Below are positions 44,764-62,740 of a stretch of DNA of 64,000 nucleotides, one piece after another (position 1 is the stretch's first letter; each line of letters begins with the position of its first letter). The position numbers were made by a program, and so were the translations under genes. The notes below the pieces were generated by a model, which ran no database searches, was not told the DNA's origin, and was given only the letters and a program-made list of their open reading frames with translations. The stretch is from the human T2T-CHM13v2.0 reference genome, Homo sapiens, in NCBI RefSeq assembly GCF_009914755.1, contig NC_060928.1. The stretch is one strand, 5' to 3'.

Positions 44764-46168
44764 GATCTTTATCTTTTAACTGGACTACTTAGTTTACATT
44801 TATTGTAATTATTACTGTGTTCATATATGTTTCTACTGTGTTATTTTGTACTTTTTGTTTCCCCTGCCTTTTCTTCCTATTTAGTTGATTGATTAGTTTT
44901 TCTCTCTACTAGCTTAGAGGTTTGCTTTTTTTTTGGTGGCTACCCTACAAATGATGAGGTTCATATTTACTTTTTTCTGATTCTATTAATAATTAGTATC
45001 TTTATCTTCTTTTAGGACAAGTCGAGAACCTTGTAGTACTTAAAGTATCCTTTCCCAATTTATATGCTACTTTTGTTCAGTACTTTAATTATATATATAT
45101 ATATAGATACACATGTAGAAAGAGTACATGAGAGAGAGAGGACAAAAGAGCATTAATGTTTTATGTAGTATGTTTGTTTAATTCACTTCCGTACCACTTT
45201 CTTGTTCTTCATACCTTCTTGCAACTCAAACCTACCAGCTGGGATCACTTTCTTTCCTCAGTGCATACCTTTTCAAGTGTCTTTTGTCAAAGATCTGCTG
45301 GTTGCACGCTCAATTTTTCTTGGAAAATGTCTTCATTTCATTATCATTTTTGACAGATTTTTTGCTAAATATTGAGTTATAGGCTGACAGTTATTTTCTC
45401 ACAGTACACTGTTGATACAATTCCACTGTCTTTAGGCTTTTATTTTTGGTTTTTTAAAATCAGCTAACAGTATGTTATTCCTTTAAATGAGTTTTCTATT
45501 CTCTTTTCTTTTCTTTTCTTTTCTTCTCTTCCCCTTTTATTTTTTGAGACCAGGTCTCACTCTGTTTAAAACATTTTCTTGTTATCTGTGGTGTTCCTCA
45601 ATTTCTCTTTGATGTGTGTAGGTATGGGTATAGATTGCTTTCTATTGATGCTTCTTGAGATCCACTAGGCCTCTTGAATCTGTAGATAGGTGTTCTTTTT
45701 ATGAATTCTAGAAAGGCTTTACATAGTATCTCTTTACATATTGCCTCTCTCCCATTCTCTCTTTCTTCTTTATGGAGCTCTATTTAGAAAAATGTTACTT
45801 ACTCTATGGTCTATACCTCTTTCATATTTTTCATTTCTTTGTCTTTTGGGGCTTCCTTTTGGATAGTTACTTCAGTTGCGACTTTCACTTCACAAATTCT
45901 GTCTTTGATTGTGTCTAATCTGCTGTGAAACTTCTTATTTGAATTTTTAATTTTAGTTATATCTTATTTCTGGGAGATCTCATTGGTTCATTTTCAAATC
46001 TGGTCATTCTTTATTCATTTTTAAGACTTTCCTGGAAACATAGTACGCATGCTTATTTTAGGGCCTGTGCTTGGTAATTCTTACACAGTCACACTTTGCT
46101 TAACGATGGGGATACGTTCCGAGAAATGTGTTATTAGGCAGTTTCGTCATTGTGTGAACATCATAGAG

Positions 46169-46387
46169 CAAGCTTATCCAACCCGTGGCCTGCGAACCGC
46201 ATGTTGCCCAGGACAGCTTTGAATGCAGCCCAACACAAATTCGTAAACTATCTTAAAACATTATGAGATATTTTTGCAAAATTTTTTTAAAGCTCATCAG
46301 CTATTGTTAGTATATTTTATGTATGGTCCAGGATAGTTCTTCTTCTTCCAGTGTGGCCCAGGGAAACCAAAAGATTGGATACTGCTG
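46169..46387. mobile_element. MER30 hAT MITE nested in Tigger3
   Basis: gctttgaatgcagcccaacacaaattcgtaaact; perfect 8-bp TSD TCATAGAG. Confidence 0.9.
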
Positions 46388-47049
46388 TCATAGAGTGTAC
46401 TTACACAAACCTAGATGTTATAGCCTATTAGGCCTATACCTAAAACCTAGGCGATATGGTGGTGCCTATTCCTCCTAGGTTACAAATCAGTACAGCATGT
46501 GATTGTACTGAATACTGTAGGCAGTTGTAACACAATGGTAAGTATTTGTGTATCAACATATCTAAACATAGAAAAAGTACTGTTTAGGGCCCTTAACATG
46601 AATGGAGCTTGCAGGACTTCCAGGAAGTTGCACTGAGCGAGTCAGTGGCGAGTGACTGTGGAGGCCTTCAACATTACTGTACACTACTGTACCCTTTATA
46701 AACACTGCACACTTAGGCTACATTACATTACATTTATTAAAAAATTTTTCTTCAGTAATTAATGCTAACTTACTGTAACATTTTGACTTTAAAACTTTAA
46801 TTTTATTGAACTTTTTGACTTTTTTTAAATAACAGCCTAAAACACACACACATTGTACACCTGTTCAAAAATATCTTTTCTTTGTGTCCTTGTTCTATAA
46901 GCTTTTTTGTTTTAAAATATTTATTTATTTTTTCTTTTTAAACTTTTTTTGTTAACAGCTCAAACAAACACACACATTAGCCTAGGCCTGCATAGGGTCA
47001 GGACCATCAAGATATTCCTAGGTGATAGGCATTTCTCAGCTTCTTTGGA

Positions 47050-47343
47050 ATTTTTTTTTTTTTGAGATGGAGTCTCACTGTTGCCCAGGCTGGAGTGCAG
47101 TGGCACGATCTTGGCTCACCGTAACCTTGACCTCTCTGGTTCAAACAATCCTCCCACTTCAGGCTCCTAAATAGCTGGGACTGTAGATGCGCACCACCAT
47201 ACCTGATTAATTTTTGTATTTTTTGTAAGGACAAGATTTTGCCATGTTGCCCAGGCTTGTCTCGAACTCCTGGACTCAAGCAGTCTGCCTGCCTCGGCCT
47301 CCCAAAATGCTGGGTTTACAGGTGTGAGCCACCGTGCCTGGCC
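47050..47343 (-). mobile_element. AluJ-like nested in Tigger3
   Basis: Antisense Alu. Confidence 0.92.
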
Positions 47344-47954
47344 TATAGTCTTATGGAACCAAAATGTCATTGTGTAGTACATGACTGTACTTGACTTTTC
47401 GTTGTTACTGTGTGATAACGCAGACTTGTTTCTTTTGATTCTTGTTCTTGATACCTTTGTTTCCTTGTATGTTTAGTGATTTTTGACTGTGAGCTAAGTT
47501 ACTTATTTTTAATAGAACTTTGTATGTATTGATCCTTTGAGGCCTGGCAAAAGATGGGTTCTTTCAGAAAGGGTTTATATTTACTTTTTCTAGGTGCTGA
47601 GGGGCTCTGCCAGTCTGGAATCACCTAAATTCCTATCTTTGCTTCGTTTTAGCCACCACATAGGGTAAAATTGGGCTGTAAAACCTATCTGGAAGTTGTA
47701 TTGATTTTATGAATTCTTGGGGGAGGTGGGCTTCACCCTCCCCCTATAACCTTTGGGCTGGAGTTTCGGACAGGCTCTTTCTTTTTGCAGTCTTCTGGGG
47801 TTCTGGGATGGATGTGAGTATTACTTTACCATTATAAGAGGATCTAGTCTCTTTGGCATCTGAACTTAATGGTAGGGTTTTGCTTAGTTTCCTCACTTTG
47901 GTCAAACTCTTGAGTGTGGTTGTAGATCCTAATTAGGAAAACTCATGCTTAGCT

Positions 47955-48180
47955 CAGGGGTTTGGACATTGTGGTCTGCAGACCAAGTCTGGCCTGGTGT
48001 TTTCTTTTTGTAAATAAAGTTTTAATGGAACACAACAACATCCATTCTTTTATGTGTTATCTATGGCTGCTTTTGTACTTCAGTGGCAGAGTGGAGTGGT
48101 TTCCGCAGGAGACCATATGGTCTGCAAAGCTGAACATATTTATCGTATGGTCCTTTATATAAAACTTTGCTGACTCCTGC
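47955..48180. mobile_element. MER58A-like MITE
   Basis: cagggg..tttgtaaataaagttttaatggaacac..gagaccatatggtctgcaaagc..tttgctgactcctg. Confidence 0.8.
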
Positions 48181-49328
48181 GCAAAGTCATTAACCTGATG
48201 GACACCCTATCTAATTAGGTGAAAGTCTCCTTTAGGGCCCCATTTCCTTTTCTGGCTACTGCTTTCCTTCAGTTCCTGGCCTGAACATTCTTTATTTTCT
48301 CGCTAGCTCATGGACAAAGGCAAGTTTTTTGTTTTTTTGTTTTTTAAGTAACACATTTAGTTGTCTTAAGCAGGATTGTTGGTCTGGCATCTAGTCCTTC
48401 ATGTGGCTGGAAATACGTATGTATTTTTATAACACGGCCCCAGTGATGTATTGTCAGGCTTGGGATGTACTACAGGTAACAGCTGGATAGGTGAGTTTGC
48501 AGAGAATGCTATCACATGTACTCTGCATCTTGAATTCTAGTCAAACTTACAGAAGATGTGGGAATTGGAAGAGTGGCAGTCGATTGTAGTGGAGGTTTGT
48601 ATCAGTAACATATTACTGATTCTGTCTCTTAGCAGCCAAGAAATCTAGGAGGGACCAGCTGCTTTGTAGCCCCAGACTGCAGGATCACAGTGGTAACTCT
48701 TTTGCCTCCTTCCTTTAATCAAGGTTCAGTTGGGAGTCAGGAGCTAGAAGCTGGAAATCCAGCCATTGTTCCCATTTGGATGGGGTAAGCGGAATGAGGA
48801 CAGTCACTTCCTTGGTGATCTCATCTAATCGTAGGTTTAAATTCTACCTCTGTATGCTCAGAAATCTCCAGTTCACATTGCTGGCCTAAACTTCAGACTC
48901 TATAATGGCCTACTTGACAGGTCTACTTTGATGTCTAGTGGGCCCCCTCATCCAAAACATGTCCAAAAATGAACTCCCCATCTGTCCCCCACATTTGGCT
49001 CTTTCTTTTCCATCTCAGTAAATGTCAACAGCATTCCACCAGTAGATCAGGCCAAAAACCTTACAGTCATTGTGTACTTCTTTTTTTCCTCTTGCCATTT
49101 GCCAAGGTCCATGAGCAACCACAAAGAACAGAGCCCACTCTTGACAGATGATGAATATGATAGTGTGAGTGAGAAATAAACTTTGCTGTTTGAGATCTTA
49201 AACTTGTTTGTGGTCCTAGAATAACCAGGCCTATCCTAACTGATACAGTTTATTATGCTGTAAGTACACACACATATGCATTCACCCATGCCGCCCTACC
49301 CCCGTCATCTGCCACCATATAACGTTAG

Positions 49329-49696
<368 letters not shown>

Positions 49697-50661
49697 TAGG
49701 TGCTCAATAAATACTTGTAAATGAATGAATGAATGTGTACTGTGTTGTAGGGATTGAGAACTGTTCAGGAATGTACAGTGGGGAGGAAGATAGATGTTTA
49801 ACAAATATTACTCTAAAACAGTGAGTACATTGTAAACTGTGACCTTGGTGGTCCAACGTATATCTGAATCATGTGGGCTCCCGATTAAGAGTGGAGATTC
49901 CTGTGGTGCCTTGCCCGAGACCTACTAAGTCAGGATTTCTAGATGTGGGGCCTGGGAATCTTCCTTTTCAAGCAGTTATTGCAATGATTCTTTCATACAC
50001 AAGATTTGAGACCACTGCTTCAAGGGGAGAGTGGTCTGGTGCTGCCAATAGATAAAGACAAAGCAGATTTGCCCTTGTGTTGTTAATGGGAAGATACTGA
50101 CTCACGTGGGAGTCATGAGTATAAACTATTAGAACTTTTCAGTACTTTAAAGAATATATTGGGTTTAGCAAGTATTTTTTTTACTGTATATAAAGAAGCA
50201 TTATTTTTAATAAGCAGAATTACAGTTTTACTGCTAGATCAAATTATTAATAAGACCTTGGAAGAACAGCATGGAAAAGGAAAAATTCATTTACCTTCTT
50301 GACTTGTGCCCACTCTACTAATTTTATAGTTTTTATAATAAAAGCCACAGCCTTTACTGAATTTTTACTCTAGGCCAGACACTCAATTAAGAGCATAGAC
50401 TCTAGAGTGAGACTGCCTGATTTCCACCAATCTGCTTAATAACTATGTAACCTCTCTGTGCTTCAGTTTCCTGAAATGAGGGTACTAGTCATGCCCACTG
50501 CATAGTATTATTTTGGGAGTAAAATTGGATAATTGTGCTCTGAATAAGTGTAGCACAGGGTGAGAAAAATTCGTGGGAAACCACAGGAAGTACCGAACAG
50601 CCAGAAGAATGAGCTGAAGGATTTCAAGGCTGTTAAGGAGCATCTGATTTCTATTCTCCAG

Positions 50662-51047
50662 GTATTAGTCAGCTCAGGCTGCCATAACAAAATACCACTG
50701 ACTGAATGGCTTAAACAACAGAAGCTGATTTTTTCACAGTTTTGAAGTCCAAGGTTAAGGTGTCAGCAGATTAGGTTTGGGTGAAGGCTCTCTTCCTGGC
50801 TTGCAGAGACTGCCTTCTTGCTGTGTCCCCACATGGCCTTTCTCACCATGTGTGTGTGCTTGGGAAGGGGAGAGCGTCAGTTCTCCCTTGTCTCTTTATA
50901 AGAACATCAATTCTATGAGATCAAAGCCCTGATCTTATGACCTCATTTATCCTTAAATACCTCCTAAAGACCCTGTCTCCAGATATATTCACATTGGGAA
51001 TTAGGCTTCAACGTATACATTTGTGGGACCATAATTCAGCCCACAGC
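50662..51047 (-). mobile_element. MLT1 MaLR solo LTR
   Basis: gtattagtcagctcaggctgccataacaaaatacc..aattcagcccacagca. Confidence 0.8.
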
Positions 51048-53012
51048 ACCCTACTACCACCCCAGGAGGCAAATATATAGCATCCTCTAAGCCGAGATGA
51101 TTTCTCTAGTATCTTCTAATGAGTGTCAGTTAAAAATTATTACCAAGTGGCTAGATTCACCTTTGTATCACCAAAATACTTATTTCAAAGTATTTGCCAT
51201 TTCTGTAGGTGCCGGTGTGTTGCAAAAATAAGGTACAAACACCCTGGGAGTCAGTCTTTCTGTATACTGAGAGGTGTATCATTATGTAGATATACAGTTC
51301 TGATATCTTCATGAATTATACATGACAGCTTTATGTTATTTTACATTTCTAACTAAATAGATATTATCTAATACTCATTTAACAAATGTCTGTTTGTCCT
51401 GCTGTATGCTAGGCACTGCTTGTAGCCATGAATACTACAGCAAAAAGCTTAGCAGAGACAAGGCTCTGCCTTCATGGCATATAGACTATAGCAGGGGACA
51501 TGTGTTTAGTAAGTAACAGACAAAGAAATACATAGCACAATGTCTATGTGCTGTGAAGAAAACACAGAAAGCTATGGTAATTGTTGAGGAAAGCAGTTTG
51601 GTGGGTTGGAGTGCTATTTTAGAAAAGTGATAGGAGAGCATGGGCATTCGTCAGGGAAATATTTGAGAAAAGAACATTTTCTGGACAGAGGGATGAAATA
51701 CCAAATACAGAGGCCCCATACCTGGGATATTCTTGACAAGTAGTATAAGGGTGACACCCCCTGGTTCTGGGGTTATATTGCCTGGAAATGCTCAATAAAT
51801 GTTAAATATTGCTGTTATTAATGTGAATAAGGTCCAGATTTAACTGCAATACACATTTTCCTGTCTGTCCCAAATATGCTTTTTTGTTTGAGGCTAAGTT
51901 GTTACAGGGATTAGGTTGCCACCCCTCCCCTTTTAAAATCAAGATAACTGTTAAAATTTCTGAGTCAGTTTTCAGTTTATGCACACTAATGGAGTAATGG
52001 GTTGCTGAGTTTTCAACCCAAGTACAGTACTCTTAATGGAAAGAAGGTTGACCCCGACAAAGAGAGTGTGTATAGGTCCTTCCAAAAAGAACACTTCTTT
52101 GTAATCTTTTCGTTTTCTTCTAAAGCTTCATGCCAGTTTTGTATTCTTTTAGAGAATATATTTGTGCCTATTTTAATATTGGAATAATGTTTCAAATGGT
52201 GGTTTGGGGAGCTGTGTCGTGTCTGTCTTGTGGATTTGAATACCCTTGCCCCCAGGCACACTCCTGGCTTGCACCAGTATGAGAAGCCCTGGACTAGAGC
52301 CATGTGGCGTATGTTCTGGCTTACATTCAGCAGCAGGCTAATGTTACCCAAGGGCATTAGGGTGTGGGCTGGGTGGTTTTACTGTTCAGTATCCTGTAAA
52401 GCAAAACACAAATGTTCAACTTCCTTCCATAAATTATATATAAAATAAAAACCACGAAAATGCTGTTTTCTTCCCAGAATGAGCAATATGAAGTGAAGCA
52501 TGAGAAAATCCAATCTCCTGTCAGAAATGAACAGTGAAATTCATCATTCTGTCACTGTCAGAAGAGAATCACCAGATAGAAGGTGTAGCAACAAGCACTG
52601 TCCCCACACCATGTTTATTTGGCTTTGGAATTCATAATGAGACACTCATTTTTGCAGACTAATTTTCTTTTTAAATTATGTTTTATTGAAATAATATTAA
52701 AATTAACTTAGCAGTTTCTGAGTATTTATCAATAATGGGTGTAGGTGACTCAAGCATGGCCTTGGGTCAGAAGAAAGCCAAACTCTTTGACATTTTGCCA
52801 GAAAAAAAACTGCATCAGTGATGGCGTCGATGTGGCCCCTGTACTCTTGATTTGCATTCCAGTCATGGCATCTGCTTTCTCATACTCCTTCTCAACAGCT
52901 TCTGCAGTAAGTCATTACTAATTGATGAGAATTGCCAAGAGATGAAACTCATTTGTCAACTCTGTCCTGTTAAGTATAGATGAACCCTGTTTGGATAATT
53001 AGAAACGTGCTA

Positions 53013-53390
<378 letters not shown>

Positions 53391-56300
53391 TTAAGGCAAG
53401 AATTATGTTAAGTTTTACTTCTAGAATATTAAGTGAAATATATTTAAAGCTTTTACTAAAATTGAAGGTGGTACGTATTTTAAGTGATGACTTTGTATGG
53501 TTTGATATTCCAGAATGAACTCTTTTCTAACAGAAAGGCCAAACTACTAGTGAATATGAAATTAAGATAACAGATACAGAGAAATAAAGAAGGAAATTAT
53601 AATAAACTCTTCTGAGTATCTTCAGGTATATGTATTTCAGAAGCCTGTTTAAATGGGAACAGTTGATATGTCACTTGCATTTCTTCAGAACTTCTGAATG
53701 ATTTGTGTCTCCCATTTGAATTACCTAGTATTTGAAAAATAATCAAGTTAGTTTCTTTTAAATGGTGAGTTGATTTTATTAGTTTTTCATTAGTCTGAAT
53801 CGGGGAGCTTTTGCTTTGCTGTTTGTTGTATCTGTGTTGAAAGGAAGTGGTTGCAGAGATAATGTAAGATTATAGTTTGGTGAAATGTCACCATTTGACA
53901 TGAATAAATAATAATTGCTCACTCTGAAACTTTAAAAAAACTGCATTTTTTTTATTTAAAAAAAACTTTAGTGTCCTATTTTGGAATTTCAATTGCAGGT
54001 TGAAAAAAATTACAAATTTAGAGACTATAGTGCTAAGAGATTAGTACTAAAATGTACTATGGTGAAGAAAACTGCTTGGCATTTCATAATTGTGGAGCAT
54101 TGCTAAATCGTTATTTTGAAGATTAAAATTAATATTTGAAAGTAATAATTAAGTCCATGGCTGCCAGGACTAATTGAAATTTTTGTAGCGAGAAAATATA
54201 TGATCCCAAATGCCATTACTTATTCGCGATGTCTTACTAATAAGAGGTTCTGGGTTCAGTAGTTTTCATACTCATTGTTTATAACAGACAAGATTTGTTT
54301 AATGATGTTTATCATATACAGAACGCTGTTCATTCTACATACACGTTGCATTCTAATTAGAAGATAATGTCGTAAGCAAACATTATTACTTTTAACTATT
54401 GGGAAAAAGTGTCATGGCAACATCTAGGGCATTCTTAAATCCACTGTGCTTTTCTTGCTTTTCTTAGTCCTTGTTAGATTTGGTTTTGTTTAGCTGTCAA
54501 AGTCTGACAGAAATCACAACCTAAGGGAGTATAGCCGTAGGCGAGATGCTGTGCTCATAGAATTCCCGGTGCTTCTTTAGAGTGGTTTGATACCCTGTAG
54601 TTAGAGAGAAGGCGTTATCAATTTAGCAACTGCAGTTGGGAAGTAGCATGGCCTATGGTTGAGGCTATGGTTTTAATTTTGGCACTGTAGATTACTGACT
54701 TTGTAGCCCTGTGGCAAGTTTCTTTGCCTCTTGCCCTCATAGGGTTGTTAAAGAGGTTAAATGTGTGTCATTTGTAACATTTAGAATAACAACTGCCTCA
54801 TAGTAAGTGAATATAAATGGCATTTAAAAAGAATATTCCTGGCAATATTTATTTTCGAGCTATTTGAAAGTATATTTAGAAGGATTATTTTTTTTATTGT
54901 TAAAAAGATGATAGAACAACAGTATTAAAGAAGAGTTTAAAAATAGTTATCCATATTATCAATATTTTAAAATAATGTTTGTTTGCTTAATATCTTGTAA
55001 TTTCAATTTACCTGCATGCATATTTTATGTAACTGAGATCATAATTACATAGCAAGCTTGCTAGGGAATGGGTTGGGCATAGTGGTCACAATATAGCCAC
55101 ATGGGAGAGGGCAGAGCAGTCTTTCCTCAGAGAGAAGGAGTGCTAAGCAGCTGGAGCAACTTCTTCAGGAAGTTAAATGCATAAGGAAGAAGAACTGTTT
55201 TCCCCTTCCAAAACTGACAGACTTAAAAACATCAGTATATAAGCACTCTTGCATAGCAGTAGTGAGACTGTAAATTGAATATTTCCAGAGCCAATAGCAG
55301 AGAAACAGAACAGTTGTTTGATCTGAACTTAACTAAAAGGATAATCTCGGATTGATGTTTTTATGTATCATGAAATCTTCTTCTGTAACCCTAGTTTTCC
55401 TGTGTAGTTTATGGGGCATGCCTGCCTTCATCTCTTATACTTGTTTGAGATCATTACTCTGACTTCCCTGTCAGAGATACTACAATTCCTTAAGTTTTGA
55501 AGTTTGGTTGATTAATGTGTCTACTTGAAGGATTTATTATGACACATGTAGAATAAACTCCTTAGTTGGGTATCTCATATCGATGGTAGGAAGGTCTGAG
55601 TAACAGCTTTTGCTTATCCTGGCTCCACCATTGGAGAAGTTGAGCTGACTTATCTTTTGGAGGCAGTTGCAAAAATTCATTGCCAGAATGGTGGTCCCAG
55701 TCCTTTCTCCCTCCAGGTCTGAGGGCTCATGCCAAGTGGGGTTCTGATTGAACTAGTGAGCATGTATTAGTAGAGGCCAGCCTCTTGAAGCCAAACAGAT
55801 TGGACCATGATTTCATTTTCATCGTCGGCTTTAGGTGTTGGTAGAACTGGACTTTGAGAGGGCACTATTCCAGAGAAAAAAAAGAAGGAGGAATATGGAT
55901 CACTAGGACCTGAAGATCAGTTGCTCTCTCTCTAGATGAGGGCCGTAGGGGGTGGATTCAGTTATGGTAAACAGAACAGCTAGTTTTTTAAAAACATTTC
56001 TTATTTGACTTGTTGGAAAAGCTTTGACAATGAGATGTATGAAATTCAGAGTTTGGGGGAGTTCTTTCATGCCCAGGTACCATAGGTTTGCAGCTTGATG
56101 TTTGGAACTTCCTTTTCTGGGACAGGGTGGGGAAGGATCACAGGAATTGAGTGTGCACAGGCTGGCCTGCTCATGTGCGCAGCGTACAGCCTGGGTGGAC
56201 ACTAAGCCCTTTTAGATGTCTGTCTGTATGACAGGGTGGGGCTGGGGCTGGGGAATGTGACAATGACAACGTTGTCAGCACGAAAAGACTCTGCCAGGAA

Positions 56301-56484
56301 GGTTAGAAACCAGTTGTGGTCTGAGAAATGAGTTGGTGAAGCCAAAAGTGAAATCTGCACAGCTGGGCAGTTGAAGGATCTGGAGTGACCAACAGAGAAG
56401 GAGACAGGTAAGCAAGGATCAGAAAATGGGATCCTTAGTCAATCATGGGAGGGTACTGCATAGATCTATTTTGTTTTTCAAGAT

Positions 56485-56670
56485 CAGTGGCTCTCCAACT
56501 TTAATGTTCTCGAGAAACACTTGGAAACACTTGGAAAGCTTGTTAAAATAGTTTCCTATACTCATCTTCAGAGATTTGGATTTATAGGGTTGAGCTGAGG
56601 CCCAAGCCATGAACAAGCTCACAGGTGATGTCAATGCTGCTGGTCCTGGGACCACAATTCTGTGTTTACA
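56485..56670. mobile_element. MER5A-like MITE
   Basis: cagtggctctccaacttt..caggtgatgtcaatgctgctggtcctgggaccaca. Confidence 0.7.
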
Positions 56671-58682
56671 CTGTATCACAGGCAAACTTTTCTTACTCCT
56701 CCAGTCTCAACTTTTCTGAAAAGAGAAGGAAATAGGAACTTTTGAGTTCTTGTTCTATCCCAGATGCTTATATATATGTATAGCATCATTTACTTCTCAC
56801 AGACATAAAAGTCATACTATCTCTATTTTCTATGAGGCTGTGGCGGCTCAGAGAAGCTAAGTAATTTGCCCAAAGCTACACAGCTAGTCTGTGTTATGAC
56901 TGGTTTTTTGAGTTAATGCCAAATCCTTATTGTAACTCTTAGATTATTTTCTCTACAAGTCGCTGCACAACAGGGTGAAGCTTTAGGCAGTGGAGGGAGA
57001 CTTCCCTTCAGTCATGGGTGAGAAGCACTCAGATCACTCTGTTGTTATTGTAGATTTCTGTATTCACCAGGATCTAAAACGTGACAGTTACACCAAGTGA
57101 ATTTCAGAGATCTGTCACTGGTAAAACCCCTTCAGCTTTTTGCTTAAAAATGTCATAAAAGAGAATATTGAAAAATAATGAAATTTTAAAAGCTTAGGAT
57201 CAAGCTGAAATGTTACAGAACTTTCTGGCCTTTTTCATTTAGGATTTCAGTTTTAATTTTGTTATGAGAGATTTTGAGTGATGTTAAAACAAAGGATTGT
57301 CTGCATTATTTAAGTTCTGTGTTTTGAAATGCCATAAAGACAAAACATAAAAGCATATCAAGGCAGATAGAAGAACAATAAGGTAAAACATGTTTTTCTC
57401 TGGTAAGGTATATATTTGCACATGCTAACATACTTTGTTCTGTTTCATTGTTCAAAATGAATGGCAACAGCCTTTATAAAATAAATACTTAGAGTGATTG
57501 TACTGAATAATCCTTTTGTTTTGAGTAGTTAAAAAAAAAGCAGGTTATAAGAAATCTTAGAACTCTGTGAAATTCCAGCTCTGCTGTGAAATGATCTCAT
57601 TAAAGCCAACCTTATACTCTGCTTTACCTCCCGAGTACAAAAGATACATGTAGCGTGTGAGGTTGTGGCCTCTCACAGTACCTTAGGAACGCACGTTTTC
57701 CCCTTCATGGACAAATACCTGACTTGGCAAAACTGAGTTTTTTTGGGATATAAAGTACTAATGAAAAATACTGCTTAAAAGAAACTATCCAAGGTTTCAT
57801 CTGGTGATGATATTATTCCTTATTTATATCATTGCTGATGAATAGTGAATTTTAGTAAACTTGGTCTAGGAAGCTTGTTTAACCTTATTTAAATTAGATG
57901 TGAATCTTAGATTTTAACTAAGTAAATGTATTTAAGATTATTCTACTGCTTGTATGTCCTCCTCCCCATTTTAATATAATGTAAAGAACATTGATATCCA
58001 TCTCTGATTTTCTTGTTAAGCTATCTTAATGTTTACTGAATTCTATGAGTATGTTCCCTGCTGCCTTCCCCATTTCTCTGCTTAAATCAGAAATGGCTTT
58101 CCTCCTCTCCAAAGGTGGCACTATATAAATGACATAAATAGGCTCAGGATTTCAGAAAATGATTGTATGTCTTCGCTTCTTTCTAGATATCTTTGTTGTA
58201 GCTCTCAGCTCATAAGATAATGATCTGTGTTCCTATGCAACTTCTGTTCCCAAATTTGAGCTCCTTGCAGCAAGGACTTTCCTATTCAACTAGGAATTTC
58301 TAGAAGAAACTGCTTCTTTCCTGTGCCAGGGTGTCCCGAATGAGTTAGAAAAAGCATTTAGTGTAGATGAGCAATTAGGAATGGACCCAGCCGGGCACAG
58401 TAGCTCATGCCTGCAATCCTGAGGCAGGAGGATTGGTTTAGGCCAGAATTTTGACTTTTTAAAGTATCAAATCCAAATTTTTTTTTTTTCGTAATTGGAG
58501 TAGTGGTAGTAGGGAAGGGCCTTATTTACTGATGCTCAAAGTGCCTCAGTACATACTTAGCTTAATGGATAATCTGGAATTACCTTTAGAATCTCACTCA
58601 TCTAAGTCTTTTTTTTATTGTAAAAAATAAAACCTATAGAAATCCACAGAAGACAAAGTAGTATGGCTTTAATGAATTGTCA

Positions 58683-59389
<707 letters not shown>

Positions 59390-59867
59390 TTAATATGGGG
59401 TTGCAAAACAATGATCTCATTCAGTCATTTCTTTTTCATTTGTTTGCTCAAACATTTCTATAAACTGGGGTTTCTCTTCATCTGCTTCTTTGTTACCCAG
59501 TAGTATAGGGTACCCAGGAGGCTTCTGGGTTGCTGGGATTTACTAGCTATGGGGTTCTCCTGGGACCTCTTTGAGGTTGAGAAACTGAACATACCTAGAA
59601 AGGGCCATTTGATAGGCATAGGTCCAGTGACAGTGTCTTGGTTCTTAGGTTGGACAGGGAGTGAGAGGTCCTGGCCTGCAAGCCTGTTGCTGCCATTGAG
59701 TACTTCAGAAGAATGGACTCTGTACCTGTCCATTTCAGCTGCCCAGTTTTTGGATCTATTCCTGTTTGTTGACAGATTTAAAACCTTATTTTGCTATATG
59801 AAACTACTAAATATCATCTGGTCCTATCGCTTGCCATTAGTAGTTTAAGAGATTTCAATAGGTGAAG

Positions 59868-60020
59868 AGATTTCCATCTTACAGAGAGTTCAAGGTCATC
59901 AGAGGCCAAGTTCATAGATTTTAATCTCAAAATCAAAGTCTGAGTTAGATTTGCATCTTAAACAGAGTTCAAGGTCATCACAGAAGCCAAGTTCATCAAT
60001 TTTAATCTCAAAATCAGAGT
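59868..60020. repeat. Two-copy direct repeat, 79-bp period
   Basis: Units 59868-59939 and 59947-60020. Confidence 0.9.
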
Positions 60021-60100
60021 TTTACATTGTACGTTGATGTCATTATATAGTATTAGGTTTGTTTTTTAAAAAAAGATTTTAAAAACTAAACTTTTTAAAA

Positions 60101-61472
<1,372 letters not shown>

Positions 61473-61764
61473 AAAAACTAAACAATTTAAAAAATTACAT
61501 TTTATAGTAAACACTTTATATAAGCCTCCATATACATTGGAATCTAGAATTGGGATTTGTTAACCTCAGTGTCGTAACTGAAAGTGGGTGTGGAGAAACA
61601 TTGCTTGTCTCTTGGATTCTGGAAAGTATCAGTGTAGTGTGGACTTACAAATCCACAGAGACAATGTATCTGTCCTTGTTTCTCGTAAGAAAGAAAAGGA
61701 TTTAACGTTTATTAAGTTCTTCCTTTGGGTCTGGTTGTTCTATGTACATTTTAAAAATATATAG

Positions 61765-62740
<976 letters not shown>

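Larger units (their letters stand above)
46086..47387 (-). mobile_element. Tigger3/Golem-derived element (Tigger3b/MER7-like)
   Basis: cagtca..cttaacgatggggatacgttccgagaaatg ... catgactg|ta termini. Confidence 0.82.
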
